In this document: positions 35,940 through 48,597 of the stretch, one piece after another | How positions within the stretch are numbered: position 1 is the stretch's first letter | Layout of the letters: each line of letters begins with the position of its first letter | Origin: Mobula hypostoma | Lineage: Eukaryota | DNA length: 64,000 bases | Assembly: GCF_963921235.1 (NCBI RefSeq) | Contig: NC_086108.1 | Coordinates: forward strand, 105,526,001 to 105,590,000 | Direction: 5' to 3' | The notes under the pieces: generated by a model | What the model was told of the DNA's origin: nothing | The model's input: only the letters and a program-made list of their open reading frames with translations | Database searches by the model: none | Position numbers and translations under genes: made by a program

Positions 35940-38824
35940 CTGACGGGCGTGAGAATGTCTTAGTGGTCACGGACGTTTTCACTAAATTCACCCAAGCATT
36001 TCCGACTCGAGATCAAAAGGTGGATACCACAGCAAAGGTGCTCTTGAGGGAATGGTTCATGAAGTACGGTGTTCCTGAGAGATTGCATTCTGACCAGGGC
36101 CGTAACTCCGAAAGTGAGATCAGAGCGGAACTTTGCAAACTATACGGGGTAAAGGAGAGCTGTACTACACCCCATCATCTTACCGGCAACGCACAGTGAG
36201 AGCATTTCAACAGGACGATGCGCGATTTGTTGCATACGTTGCCTCCAGAAAAGAAGCGCAGATGGCCAGAACATCTACCCGAGTTGGTGTATGCGCACAA
36301 TGCGACACCTCACGCAACCACCGGGTATTCACCTTACTATCTGCTGTTTGGGGTGGATCCCTACCTGCCCGTGGATGCTCTGCTGGGACAAGAACAGATG
36401 GTGGACCGGAAACATGACTGGCTGGCTGTACACCAGAGCTGACTGAGGGATGCGCATACCAGAGCAAAAGAATACTCTGAACAGAAGGCGGCAGAATGCG
36501 TTGCCTGGCAGGAGGACAAGGTCTACTGCCCCAAAGTTGATGTGGATGCGCTGGTTTACCTGAGGAACAGACCATTAGGCTGTAATAAGATCCAGGATGC
36601 TTGGAACTCAACTGTCTACAGGGTGGTAGAGGTACTGGGCAGCACATACACGGTGGAACCTTGGGAGGGTGGGCCTAGCAAGAGGGTGAACAGGGTAGAC
36701 ATCAGGCCCTGTGAGAACCATCCCACTCCAGCTACCCGAAGGAGACTGCAAACTCCAGTAACTCAGGCCAGCTGACCTCTGGGGCATTATTCAGATTCTG
36801 AGGATTCAGAGAATGGTGTGATAGTGGTAGAAGATATGTTAGAACAGGGTGTACAGGATCTTGACCCTAGCCTAGACAGCATATCTTCTGAAAATATGAC
36901 ACCTTCTGGAACTGAGACTGGGGAGCCGATGACTGCGAATGCAGGGGTGGAGGTCAGTAGCCCTCTTGTAGCAGCACCCCACAGGAGTACACGAGTAAAT
37001 GCTGGACAGCACCCCAACGCACAATGCGAACCAAGGTCAGTCCTTGATGAGGTCTCCATAAGTCAGGCAGCAGTGTCTGAGATACTGGCTAGTCTCAGTT
37101 CAGTTCTCTTTAGAGAAGCAGTTAAGGAGGTTAAAAGTACCCTTGTAGTGAGTGAGTAATCGAAGGCGATTACTTGAATGCAGGGGAGGATGTAACCGGG
37201 TGACCGTCGAATCGTATTCATTATAGTTAAAAGTGTACTTAGGCAGCCATCCAGGTAATGCTAGAATAGTTGTCTGTACCTTTAAGTGGAGACGGTGATG
37301 TCATTACGCACACGCGGGGTAGTGGGGAGACCACTTTTGTTTTTGGCAGAAGAAGCTGGTGGGGCTTTGGGATTAAGTTCCTCCCAGAGATACTGGGCAT
37401 GGTGAAGAACGGTGAGTATTAATTGACGATATCCATGTGAATTCGTTTATGCTTGTTGGTAAATGGAGAATATCTGTAATTTGACATGTTTTAAATGTGG
37501 ATGCTTTAGATTTTCACGAGTGAAGGCATTGGTGCTGGATACCGTGGTTTGTGCAAAGTTCCTTACCGGCCAAGCAGGTCAGTCTTCCTGTAATTTAACT
37601 ACCAGGCAATATCTTGTAAAAGTTGTGCCAAAGTATACCTTTTGTCTAACGTTATTATATCAGGACTGATTGTGGATATAACAGCGTAACGTGAATATTT
37701 AGTCTCTGTTTGGAAGCTTAGCACGTGTGTACTAAAAGGGAGTAGACATCTTAGATGAGATGTATCCACTTACATTTTTGCTGCTATGTATAAGGTACAG
37801 GGTTGGTGGGATTCTAGTGTTGTTTGCATTGTGTTCCTTCAGAATTGCCACTATCGTATTAGTTTAACCGTATCTGTATTAGTTTTGTGTGGTTTGCTTT
37901 ATGTATTTTTATACTGTATACGCAATTTGTCGATACACAAGAGTGTGGATCGAAAGTTAAGCTGAGGTTGTAATGGCAAGAAATGGCTGTAAATTCATTC
38001 GTTTTGTCTTTTGAGACCCTCTTCCAGCACTAAAACATCTAAAACAGACAAAGGAATTTAAATCCGAAAAAGTATTTGTGTCCTGAGTGTGTACTTTTCC
38101 CCAGGCTACAAAATTAGCAAAGCAGCGTCCATCATCAGAGATCCGCACCACCCAGCCCATGCTCTTTTCTCGCTGCACCCATCAGGTAGAAGGTACAAAT
38201 CGCACCACCAGGTTCAAGAACAGCTACTACCCCTCAACCATCAGGCTCTTGAACAAAAGTGGATAACTACACTCACTTGCCCATCCACTGAGAAGTTCCC
38301 ACAACCATTTATTTCACTTTAAGGACTTTTTATCTTGTTATCTCTTCTTCTCATTATTTATTGCTACTTATTTATATTTGCATTTGCACAGAAGTTTGCC
38401 TTCTGCATTCTGGTTGATCTTACATTGATCCTGTTCTGTTTACTAATCTGTAGATTTTCTGAGTGTGCCAGCAAGAAAATGAATCTCAAGGTTGTAGATG
38501 GTTACATATCTTTGATAATAAAATTGACTTTACTTTGAAACCTATGTGGTCACAGGGAGAATGTATAAATTCCTTATAGGCAGTGGGGAAATTGAACCCA
38601 CGTTGCTAGTACTGTGAAGTATTACACTAACCATTACACTACAGTGCTGCCTTTTGCCTGCCATTTGTGCAGAACACTTCAAAGCATAAGTAGGTCGAGG
38701 TAGCACAAGTGAAAAACAACAACAGAATGTGGAATATGAAGTAACACACACAAAATGCTGAGGGAACTCAGCATGTCAGGCCTCAGAATGGATAGGAAGG
38801 GTGAAGAAGCTAGAATAAGCAGGT

Positions 38825-39467
38825 TACATCCCGACACGCGGGACAGAAGCAAGGTCGCATTGTGTTTTCCACGGACCAGCAAATTCTGGCCAGCTTTGTG
38901 AACAGAGTGGCGGACACCCCTGCTGAAATCCAGAGGAAAACACACAGGGGATGCAGAGGGGGATCACAAAGCCGAGGAAAGAGGACCGGGTCGAGACAAC
39001 AGAGACTTTTGGAGAAGAGGAGTTCGGGGGGTAATACCGTTCCGGCTGACCGGAAGTGCACTGAGAGCGGTAACTGTAAAGGAATTGGGTGCTTACTGAT
39101 CTGGCTAACAACGGATGGTGCAATCCGGGGTATATTACGATCGAGGAACGTGTTTGCAGACTGGATATTGAACTTTTTACTGTTGGACTTCGGCCACATT
39201 CCACCGTGATACAACACTTGGCGGCACGGGAGGTCGTTCCTGTCTGTGGCCATCGAACGTGCAGCTCCTCCCGTGGATGGTCAGACACCCTGAGCCAATA
39301 GACTGGTCCTGGACTTATTTTCCATCTGGCATAGTTTTGCATTTTGTTGTTTGACTGTTGGGGTTTTTTGTATTGCTATACTTAGGCTCTATTCTTGGAT
39401 GGTGCGGCTGTAACGAAACCAAATTTCCCTCGGGATTAATAAAGTATATCTATCTATCTATCTATCT
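38825..39467 (+). mobile_element. Multiply internally deleted Rex1/Babar element inside a Penelope remnant (38743-38824 and 39468-39785)
   Basis: Endonuclease bits ADRKCTESG and NNGWC..VCRLDIELFTVGLRP joined to a 3' end homologous to 33529-33863; (TATC)n tail. Confidence 0.7.
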
Positions 39468-40739
39468 AGAGGGAGGGGAAGAAGGACAAGCTAGGATGTG
39501 ATAGGTGAAATCAGGTGGGTGGGGGAGGGTGGATGATGCAAAAAGCTGGGAAGTGATAGGTAGAAAAGGTAAAGGGCTGGGGAAGAGGAATTCTGATAGG
39601 AGAGGAGTGTGGGCTATGCGTGAAAGGGAAGGAGGAGGAGCACCAGAGGGAGGTGATAGTCAGGTGAGGGGAAGAGAAGTGGTAAGAGCGGAGCCAGAGT
39701 TAGAATGGAAGAAGTGAGAAGGAGGAAAGTGGGGGGGAGGGAGAAATTACTGGTAGTGAGAGAAATTGATATTCATATCATCATGTCAATCAGTCATCCA
39801 CCCTCTGGTTAAAGAAATTCCTCTTTCTTTCTGTTCCAATGGGAGGTCCCTCTATTCTGAGTCTGTCCCCTGTGATCCACGACTCTCCCACTGTAGGAAA
39901 TATCTTCTCCATGTCCACTCTGTCCAGGATTTTCAATATTTGATGTTTCAGTGACATGTTCCTCATACATCTAAATTCCAGCGAGTACAGATGTAAAGCT
40001 GTCAAACACTGCCCATATGTTAACCCTTTAATTCCAGAGATTATTCTTAGAAACAGTCGACATTTCCGGCCAAGACCCTTCACGCAGACTAGAAAAGAAG
40101 GAGGAAGATGCCGGAATAAAAATAATACAGTGTCAAAGTTATGGAGAAAGTGTAGCGCATGTTGACATGAGGTGAAAAGGTCATGATGAGGTAGATTAAG
40201 AGATTAGGAGTTCATTATTGTTATTTTCCTCCTTCCTTTTCAGCTCCAATGAAGGGTCTTGGCCAGAGAGGTCGGCGACCTATTCACTTCCATAGATGCT
40301 GCCTGACTTGCTGGGTTCCTGCAGCATTTTGTGTGTGTTACTATGTACAGGAGGTGCTGCCTCATGAAGGCAAAATGCAACATCAAAGATCCCACCATCA
40401 GGGCCATGTCATCATCTTGCAGCTACCATTGGGCAGCAGGTACAGAAGCCTAAATTCCTACACCAACAGATTCAAGAATAGCTTCTTCCCTTTAACCATT
40501 TGGTTCTAGAAACCACCCTATGATCATTTCCTCAGTGTTACGGCAGTATGATCACTTTGCACGACAATGGGCTTCAAATTGTGTTTTTGCTTGTATAATT
40601 TTGTATAATTTATGTTGTTGTTGTTATGACTATTGTATCTCTGATGCTATCTGCATTAGAGATGTTTTTCATTATACCTGCACACACATGTACTTGTGCA
40701 CAAAAAGGCTTTGACTTTACTATCTACACCATCAGGTGT

Positions 40740-41075
40740 CAGGGTGGAGATACATCTCTACCAAAGGAGATGTCAGGCCCTCCTTCCTTTTGCTAGCCTG
40801 CACATCCCTCTTGGGCAAAGTGTAGAACCTGCTCAGTACCCCCCACACTGATCACGGTCACGTGAAGCCATGGGATCAGGTGGTGGATGGTCGTACGAGC
40901 AGCTTGTGCATATCACAAGCCCTGATTATGCGACCACTGATGTTAGGTAGACAACCTTTGATGAGTATTGATAATGGCTGGGGTCACCCATCTTGTAAAG
41001 ACGCTGTGCAGAAGAAGGCAATGGCAAACCATTCCTGTAGAAAAAGACCATGATCGCCGATGTCATATGACATGA
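40740..41075 (+). mobile_element. Short non-autonomous RTE-related retroelement, second copy
   Basis: Homologous to 8360-8700; contains GAAGGCAATGGCAAACCA and CATGATCGCC.ATGTCATATGACA. Confidence 0.6.
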
Positions 41076-41555
41076 TCTATATGGTACACCCTATTCTCTA
41101 CCCTCTAACACCCAATTCCTACCCTTTACTATTTACTCACTGCAACCTCTATCTCCTACTCTCTACCCTCTAAACCCTTCTGTCAGGCCTGCTCCCACTG
41201 ACACCTCCCATCCTGCACACACGTGCCCATCCAGCTCCGGTAAGCTAACAGGATTCACCTGCCACTCGTTCCAGACTCCTCACCTGCAGCCTATTTAACC
41301 CCAGTTCTCATGCACAATCCTTGTTCCTTCATCGAACCAGCTGGCCTCAACCAGTTGTCCCTGGCTTCCACTCTCCCCGCCTAAAGTTTACCTTGTCTGT
41401 CGTGTTTAATTCAGAATCAGAATCAGGTTTAATATCACCGGCATATGTCTTGAAACTTGCTAACATTCCTGCAGCAGTACAATGAAATGCATGATAAATA
41501 AATAAAGACAAAAACTTGAATTATAGTAAGTATATATATATATGTCTATTAAATA

Positions 41556-44092
41556 AGACCATAAAATCATAAGATATAGGAGAAGAATCAGGCCATTTGG
41601 TCTTACGAGTCCGCTCTGCCACTTCATCATGGCTGATCCATTTTCCCTCTCAGCCCCAATCTCCTGCCATCACCCCATATTCCTTCATTGCCTGTGTCCA
41701 TGAATTCCTCAGATTCACTACTCTGTGGTTAAAAGAATTCCTTCTGATCTCCGCTCTAAGAGGACGTCACTCCATTCTGAGTCTGAGTCCCCTGGTCTTA
41801 GACACTCCCTCCATAGGAAACATGCTCTCCACGTCCACTCTATCAAGGCCTTTCACTATTGTCAGGTTTCAATTGTCACCCCTCATTCTTCTGAATTCTA
41901 ATGAATGTGGGCCCAGAGCCATCAAGCAGTCTTCGATTAATCCTGCGTGCATTTTCGTGAACCTCCTTTGAACCCTCCCTAGTTTCAGAACATCCTTTCT
42001 ATGATAAAGGGCCGAAACCTGTTCATAATACTCCAAGTGAGGCTTCACCGGTGCTTCTTAAAGTCTCAACATTGCATCCTTGCTTTTATATTCTAGCCTT
42101 CTTGAAATGAATGTTAACACTGTATTTGCCTTCCTCACCACAGACTCTACTTGCTGCGCGTGGTGCTGTTTGAATTGGTTGAAACAGAGCCGCGATCTGA
42201 ACGCTTCCACCTTACCTTGCCATTTTATATATGCTGATGACTTATGCATCACTGCCCAAAGCACTGATTTTAACACCGTGGAGAAAACGCTTTCTGAGGC
42301 CTTGCGGGGACCAATATCCGACTATGAAGAAAACCACCTCCGCGCAAACCCATCAAAGATGCAAGTTTGTGCATTCCACCTCAGGAACCGTGAAGCCAAA
42401 CGACAGCTTAAAGTAACCTGGTGTGGAGCAACACTGATGCATTGTGAGCACCCAATCTACTTAGGAGTCACCCTTACAGATGCCTCACTTTCAAGAACCA
42501 CATCAATAAGACAAAGGCAAAAGTGAGCGCACGGAACAACTTCCTGAATAAGCTCACTAACACAAAGTGGGGAGCAAGCTCGAAAACGATGCGAACCAGT
42601 GCACTTGTTCTTTGCTATTCTACTGCCAAATACACCTGCCCTGCATGGGAAAGATCTACTCATGCTAAGAAGATGGAGGCCGTTCTGAATGCAAGCTGCC
42701 GACTTCTCACAGGTTGTTTAAAACCAACAAACACCAACAGCCTATATATCCTGGCGGGTATCACTCCCCCTGATATAAGAAGAACGGTAGCCAGCAAGAA
42801 AGAACAACTCCATCAAACATCAGATGAGAGGCACCCTCTACATGGTCATACACCTAACACCCAGCCGCCTAAAGTCAATGAAGAGCTTCATGAACAGTGT
42901 TGTTCCATTACAATCAACCCCATCTGAAGCCCGCATCGCCTTGCGGAAAGACCGGCTCGCCAGTCTCAAACAACCCCCAATGATGGAAATTGCACCGGAT
43001 GAAAGCCTTCCCCCAGGAGCTAATTGCAACTGGGCAACCTGGAAGTGCCTTAACAGGCTTAGGACCGGTGCAGGTCGTTCAAAGTTGTCACTAAGCAAAT
43101 GGGGATATACAACCAGCCCGACATGTGGAACTGAGCCACAAACTATGCAACGTCTCTTGCAATGCCCATCACTAGGGGAAGCCTGTACTGTTGCAGATCT
43201 TGCCAAATTCCACAACAAGGTGCAAAACTGTGTCCAGTTCTGGCTGGGCCATGTATAGACTGCCTGTGGACATGATAAGAAGGAAACTACAGACTCAACC
43301 TGCAAATTAAGCTTTAGGGAATCCTGCACAAGCACTCCCAAGTCCCTTTGTGACTCAGTTTTTTATATTTTCTCTCCATCTAGAAAATAGTCAACCCTTT
43401 CATTTCTTCTGTAAAGTGCATGATCATGCATTCCCCAGTGCTATATTCCATGTGCCACTTCTCCTAATTTAAGTTCACTGTAGCCTCTCTATTTCCTCAA
43501 AACTACCTGCCCCTCCACTTACCTTCAAACTTTGCAACAAAACTATCAATTCCGTCATCTAAATCATTGACAAATTACATAAGAAGAATCACTCTCAACA
43601 CAAACCGCTGTGGAACACCACTAGTCACTGGCAGCCAGCCAGAAAAGGCTCCCTTTATTCCCACTCTTGCCTCCTATCAATCAACCACTGCTTTATCCAT
43701 GCTAGAATCTTTCCTGTAATATGATGGGCTCACAGCTTGTTAAGCAGCCTCAAATGTGGTACCTTGTCAAAGGCCTTCTGAAAATCTAAGTATACAACAT
43801 CAATCTAATCTCTTCTGTCTAACCTGCTTTTTATTTCTTCAAAGAATTCCAACAGATTTGTCAGGCAAGATTTTCCCTTGAGGAAATCATGCTGACTACA
43901 GCTTATTTTAACATGGGCCTCCAAGTACCCCGAAACCACAACCTTAACAATTGACTCCAACATCTTCCCAACCACTGAGGTCAGAAAACTGGCCTGCAGT
44001 TTCCTTTCTTCTGCCTCTCTCCCTTCTTGAAGTGTGGAGTGACATTTGCAATTTTTCAGTCTTCCGGAACCATTCCAGAATCTAATGATTCT
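41556..44092 (-). mobile_element. CR1 fragment (RT to 3' tail) interrupted by Vingi
   Basis: Reverse strand shows QHDFLKGK, DFQKAFDKVP and QVESV|VRKANTVLTFISRRLEYKSK; TCTTATG-type tail. Confidence 0.88.
42148..43285 (+). mobile_element. Vingi (Ingi-group) LINE, 5'-truncated
   Basis: FIYADDLCI, AFHLRNREA, YLGVTL, KWGAS..RTSALVLCYS, LAGITPPDIRR, LNRLRTG and a CCHC remnant. TSD ACCACAGACTC / ACTACAGACTC. Confidence 0.85.
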
Positions 44093-44435
44093 GTTACATT
44101 AAAATAAGCAGTGTTAAAAAAAAACAAGAAAAAAAAGTAGTGAGGTAGAGTCTGTTTAGAAGTCATACGGAGTGTTTTGTGGCCCCTCATGGCTTGGACG
44201 TTTGCCAGCTATTAGTAAAGTTATCGTTCACTGCTGAATCGACTCCACTGCTCTGCTTTTGGGTTACGTCTTCTCTACATTTCCTGATCCTTAGCAGTCT
44301 AATCATTATCTCTTACTACCTGTGTTTACTCCAGTCTTTTTGCCTCTATAGTTTACGTCCTACAACCTACTCTCTAACTGCACTCCCCTCTACACTCTGC
44401 AGTCTATTAGATACTTTAGCTACTACCCTCTAACT

Positions 44436-44515
44436 CTGGGGATCCCAACCTTTTTTATGTCATGGACCCCTACCATTAACTGATGGTTCCGTGGACCCCT
44501 GCTTGGGAACCCCTA
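44436..44515. mobile_element. 80-bp hAT/Charlie-type MITE
   Basis: Perfect 8-bp TSD CTCTAACT (44428-44435 and 44516-44523); TIRs CTGGGGATCCCAA / TTGGGAACCCCTA. Relatives near 46817-46875 and 61801-61881. Confidence 0.85.
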
Positions 44516-44779
44516 CTCTAACTGTCCTCTCTATCCAGCACAGTCGTGTAATGGTTAGCACAATGCATTACAGCACCAGCTGTAAGGTGGGGGTTCAAAT
44601 CCCACCATTGTTTGTACGTTCTCCCTGTGACCAGGTAGGTTTCCTCTGGGTGCTCCCATTTCCTCTCCATTCCAAAGACGTGTGGTTAGGGTTAGTGGGT
44701 TGTGGGTGTGTATGCTGGTGCTGGAACTGTGGCAACATGAAAATGATTCCAGGAATTCAGAAGAATGGTGGGGGGGGGG

Positions 44780-45935
44780 GTGCGAGCATCTCATTGAAGC
44801 CTATCGAATGTTGAAAGGATGTTTCCTATGGTAGCCTAGAGGGCTATGGGTAACCCAAGGTAATTTCTAAAGTAAGTACATGTTTGGCACAGCTTTGTGG
44901 GCCGAAGGGCCTGTATTGTGCTGTAGGAATTCTATGCTTCTATGGTGGGTGAGTCTAAGACCAGAGGGCACAGTCTCAGAATAGAGGGTTGCCCATTTTG
45001 AAAAGAAACGAAAAAGATTATCTTTAGCCCGTGAGCGGTGAATCTGCGGACTTCGTTGTTACAGGCGGCTATGGAGGCTGTCATTGGGTACATTTAAGAC
45101 AGAGGTTGTTAGATCCTTGATTAGTCAGCTCATGAAGAGATATGGGAAGAAGGTAGAAGACTGGGGCTGAGAGGTGAATGGATCAGCCATAATGAAATGG
45201 CAGAATAGACTCGATGGGCCAAACAGCCTCATTGTGGTTTATATCTTGTGGTTTTACGCACAACAGCACAATCCTCGCTAAATTGGTTTGATGCAAATAA
45301 TGCATTTCACTGTATGTTTCAAAGTACAGATGACAAATAAACCTGGTCTTCTACCGTGGAGCCTTCTTTGCATGAACAGCCATTGTGTTGCTCTAGGGCT
45401 ACCATGTTGAGTGTGAATTCAAGGGCTGAAATACTTAGGGTCATGGTCATAGAATCACAGCAGGGAAAGAGCCCTTTGGCCCAACTGGTCCATGCTGACC
45501 AAGTTTCCCAATGGAGCAAGTTTCTTTTGTTCCCATTTAATCCGTATCTCTCTCAATCTTTCTGGTCCAGGTACCTTCTATCTACTGAATATTGAATGGC
45601 ATAGATAGAGTGGATGTGCAGAGGATGCCTCCTATAAAGGGGGAATCCGGGACCAGAGGACACACCTCAGAATACATGGATATCCCTTTAGAACAGAGAT
45701 GAGCAAGAATGTCTTTAACCAGCAGGTAGCGAATCTGTGGAATTTATTGCACACCGATAGCTGTGGAGGCCAAGTCATTGGGTATATTTAAAACAGAGTT
45801 TGATAGGTTCTTGGTTAGTCAAGGGGAGAAGGTGACAGAATGGGGTTGAAAGAGAACATAAATCAGCAATGATTGAAATCAAAACAGACTCGAGGGGCAG
45901 AATTTTGCTATTAAGTCTGATCATCTTATTGTCTT
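44780..45935 (+). mobile_element. Cluster of CR1 3' fragments
   Basis: TRGHSL / NLWN remnants and CR1 tails at ~44780-45255 (with a nested tail at 44835-44943) and 45590-45935. Confidence 0.75.
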
Positions 45936-48597
45936 TTAAAAGCTGTTAATGTTTCTGCACTTTCTCTGTAGTTTTTACACTTTATTCTGCATCGTCGTTG
46001 TTTTACCTTGTTCTGTCTGAATGCACTGTGTCATTATTTGATTTGTATAAACAGTATGCAAGGCAAGCATTTCTCTGTGTCTTGATATATGTGACAATAA
46101 CCAATATCAATAGCAATACCAGGGGAACGAGACAATCTGATTTCTACAGGCACACACATATATGCACAAGAAATTCTGCAAAAGCTGGAAACCTTGAGCA
46201 ACACACAAAAAAACACACAAAATGCTGGAGGAATTCAGCAACTGTGCAGAAGCTATCTGAGTATATATATTTGTTTATAGTTAGGTTGATTGATCTGTGC
46301 CTTGCAGGAGAATTAAACGTTATGGGGGAAAGTTGAGGAGCTGGAGCTGAATTCACAGCCAGATCAGCCAAGAGCTTATTGAATGGTGGAGCAGGCTCGA
46401 CAGGGCAAGATGGCCGACTCCTGTTCCCGTTTCTTATGTACTTATTTTCTTATGTCAGGCAGCACTTAGGAGGGAACTAAAAAGTTGACATTTTGGACCG
46501 AGATCCTACTTTCAGGCCTCATATGTCTTGTTTGAGTCTTTTATTTTTGCATGAATCTTTTAGAAACAGGACATTGGAAATTACAGCATAGTATAGGCAC
46601 TTTGGCCTATGATGTTGTGCCAACACTTTAACCTAGTCTAAGATCAACCTAACCCTTCCCTCCTACATAGCCCTCCATTTTTCTATCATCCATGTGCATT
46701 TGTAAGAGTCTCTTAAATGGCCGTAATTTACCTACCTCTACTACCACTCCTCGGAGTCTGTTCCACACACTTTCTACTTGATATTTAAAAAAACTACTCT
46801 GACATTACACTAAAGCAGGGGTCCACAGACCCGTTGGTTAGTGATAAGGCTTCATGGCATTTAGAAGGGTTGAGAAAGTTCAAAGTGCATTTTATTATCA
46901 AAGTTTGTAGACTTTATACAACCTTGAGATTCACCTCCTTACAGACAACCAGAGAACAAAGAACCACAATAGAATGCATTAAAAGCTAAAGAAGACCTTG
47001 AACTCTCAGTATGCAGAGGGTAAACAAAAAAAAAACAAATCGTGCAAACAATAAAGCAAGTAAACGGCATTCAGAACTGAAGTTCACGATGCCAGGTATC
47101 ACTGCAGCTGATTCAGAATCCCACCAGTTGCAGGCCACAGTCTCAGTCCAGAACAGAGTTGAGAAAAACCCAACAGAGCAGCGAGCCATCCCAGTCCATC
47201 TCTCGTCTCCGACGCGACCCAGCTCTCACCTCTGACCCTGACACACTGACCTATACATTCCTCCAATCACCTTAAAATTATCCTCCTCTTACTAGCCCTT
47301 TCTGCCCTGGGATGTTCATTCAATCATCTTGTACACAAGTGTAAAAAACTCTTTAGAAAGAAATCCCACATCAAGTTTAAGTCCTTTTTTTTTGCCTGAC
47401 TCCAATTTCAAAAGGACTTTTTAGAAGCTTCCTTGTGAAGTTAGTGTGATGGTAAATGGAAGTTCAGAACACTATTAGATAACATCCTGGAGCCCAGTAC
47501 AAAGAGAAATACAAGAGGTATGAATGGAGGAACGAAAAAGAAGAGAATAGTCTATGACTTCATTTGTTATCCCTCACTCCTGTTCAGAATGTATCCAGCT
47601 GCTCTTCTATTCTGAACCACAGTGAGCTATTTCTCTCACTTAGTTCATGTAGCGATCCTAAGGATGTGGTTATGAAGAGTACTCAATTTTCTCTTGCCAA
47701 CTCCGACAGGGAGGGCACCTTGAATGGGAATACTATTAAATCAAAAGTTTTCCCATTCACTCGCAGAAAGGATAAACACAAAGTCTTTGAACCAGGCAGC
47801 TCAGGAAGCAATTTGGTCCATTGTACCGGTGAAGGAACTTATCCAATTCTCCCTCCTCCCTCGTACTTTCCCCACTATTTTGCAGATTTGTCCTTTTCAA
47901 GCATCAGTGCAATTCTCCTTATTGAAATCTCCAATTAAGCTTGTTTCCTCCTGTGCTTCTCTGCTGTGCTCTCTGCAAAGGAGAAAAGGAGCAGTAGAAC
48001 TGCAGAACCAGTATCCAGGGAGCTGGGCTATTGATTGTTAGACTTCTAGTTAAGTGTCTTTATGACACTCTGTGAAATATATTTAAGTAATTAAAAAACT
48101 CAGGAATTTAAAAAAAATTCAAGAATCAAGAGAGTTAGGTTTTGAACCACATTGGATCAACTGATAGCTGGGTGAACTGATTAGGCCTCCAACGCACAGG
48201 ACCTTTCTCTTTTTCCACGGGGTTTTCGAGTTCACACGTTTTTTGCCCGGGGCCGGGGGAGGGTGCAAGAGTACCGTAGCTAATATGACTTGGCAAAAAG
48301 GTTTAATGCTATTACTCAGCTGTTATTCTTGCTCCGCACATACTTGACAAGGTTCAAACACTAATTCCCCACCTTCTTCCTTCCCTATTCTTCATTTCCC
48401 CATTCTGACTCTCCTCTCCTCAACTGCCTATCGCCAATTTCTGGTGCCCCTTCTCCTTCCCTTTCTCCCATGTTCCACTCCCGCCTCCTATCAGATTCCT
48501 TTATCTTCAGCCCTTTACCTTGCCCACCTATCACTCCCCATCTTCTTATTGCATCCCCCATCCCTACCCATCTGGCTTCACCTATCACCTTCTATCT

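Larger units (their letters stand above)
30569..37159 (+). pseudogene. Gypsy gag C-terminus and pol, with multiple stops, frameshifts and insertions
   Basis: CCHC knuckle CFRCQVGGHLAKNC; protease LLDTGSQ; RT LCVDYRRLN..YLDD; RNase H ETDASNHGLGAVL; integrase HGSMGHQG, VDFT and LHSDQGRN. Confidence 0.93.
29680..38110 (+). mobile_element. Gypsy/Ty3 provirus with both LTRs, decayed; PBS and most of gag deleted
   Basis: LTRs 29680-30568 and 37191-38110 (TGTAACC...GGCTACA); PPT GCAGGGGAGGA before 37191; TTAG at 29676-29679 and 38114-38117; domain order PR-RT-RH-IN. Confidence 0.95.
29000..38540 (+). mobile_element. Rex1/Babar LINE fragment (29000-29679 plus 38114-38540) hosting the Gypsy provirus
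   Basis: [33 protein letters not shown] before the insertion; frame rejoins as CLSKAASIIRDPHHPAHALFSLHPSGRRY after it. Confidence 0.88.
41181..44289 (+). mobile_element. Probable solo LTR (41181-41408 plus ~44168-44289) split by a nested stack
   Basis: TGTCAGG start; CACCTG motifs and TATTTAA; AGTAAA..CTGCTTTTGGGT..CCTGA end. Confidence 0.6.

Noticed and set aside
47564..47938. 124-aa ORF as a host exon
   Set aside because: No recognisable domain and no convincing splice-site pair.
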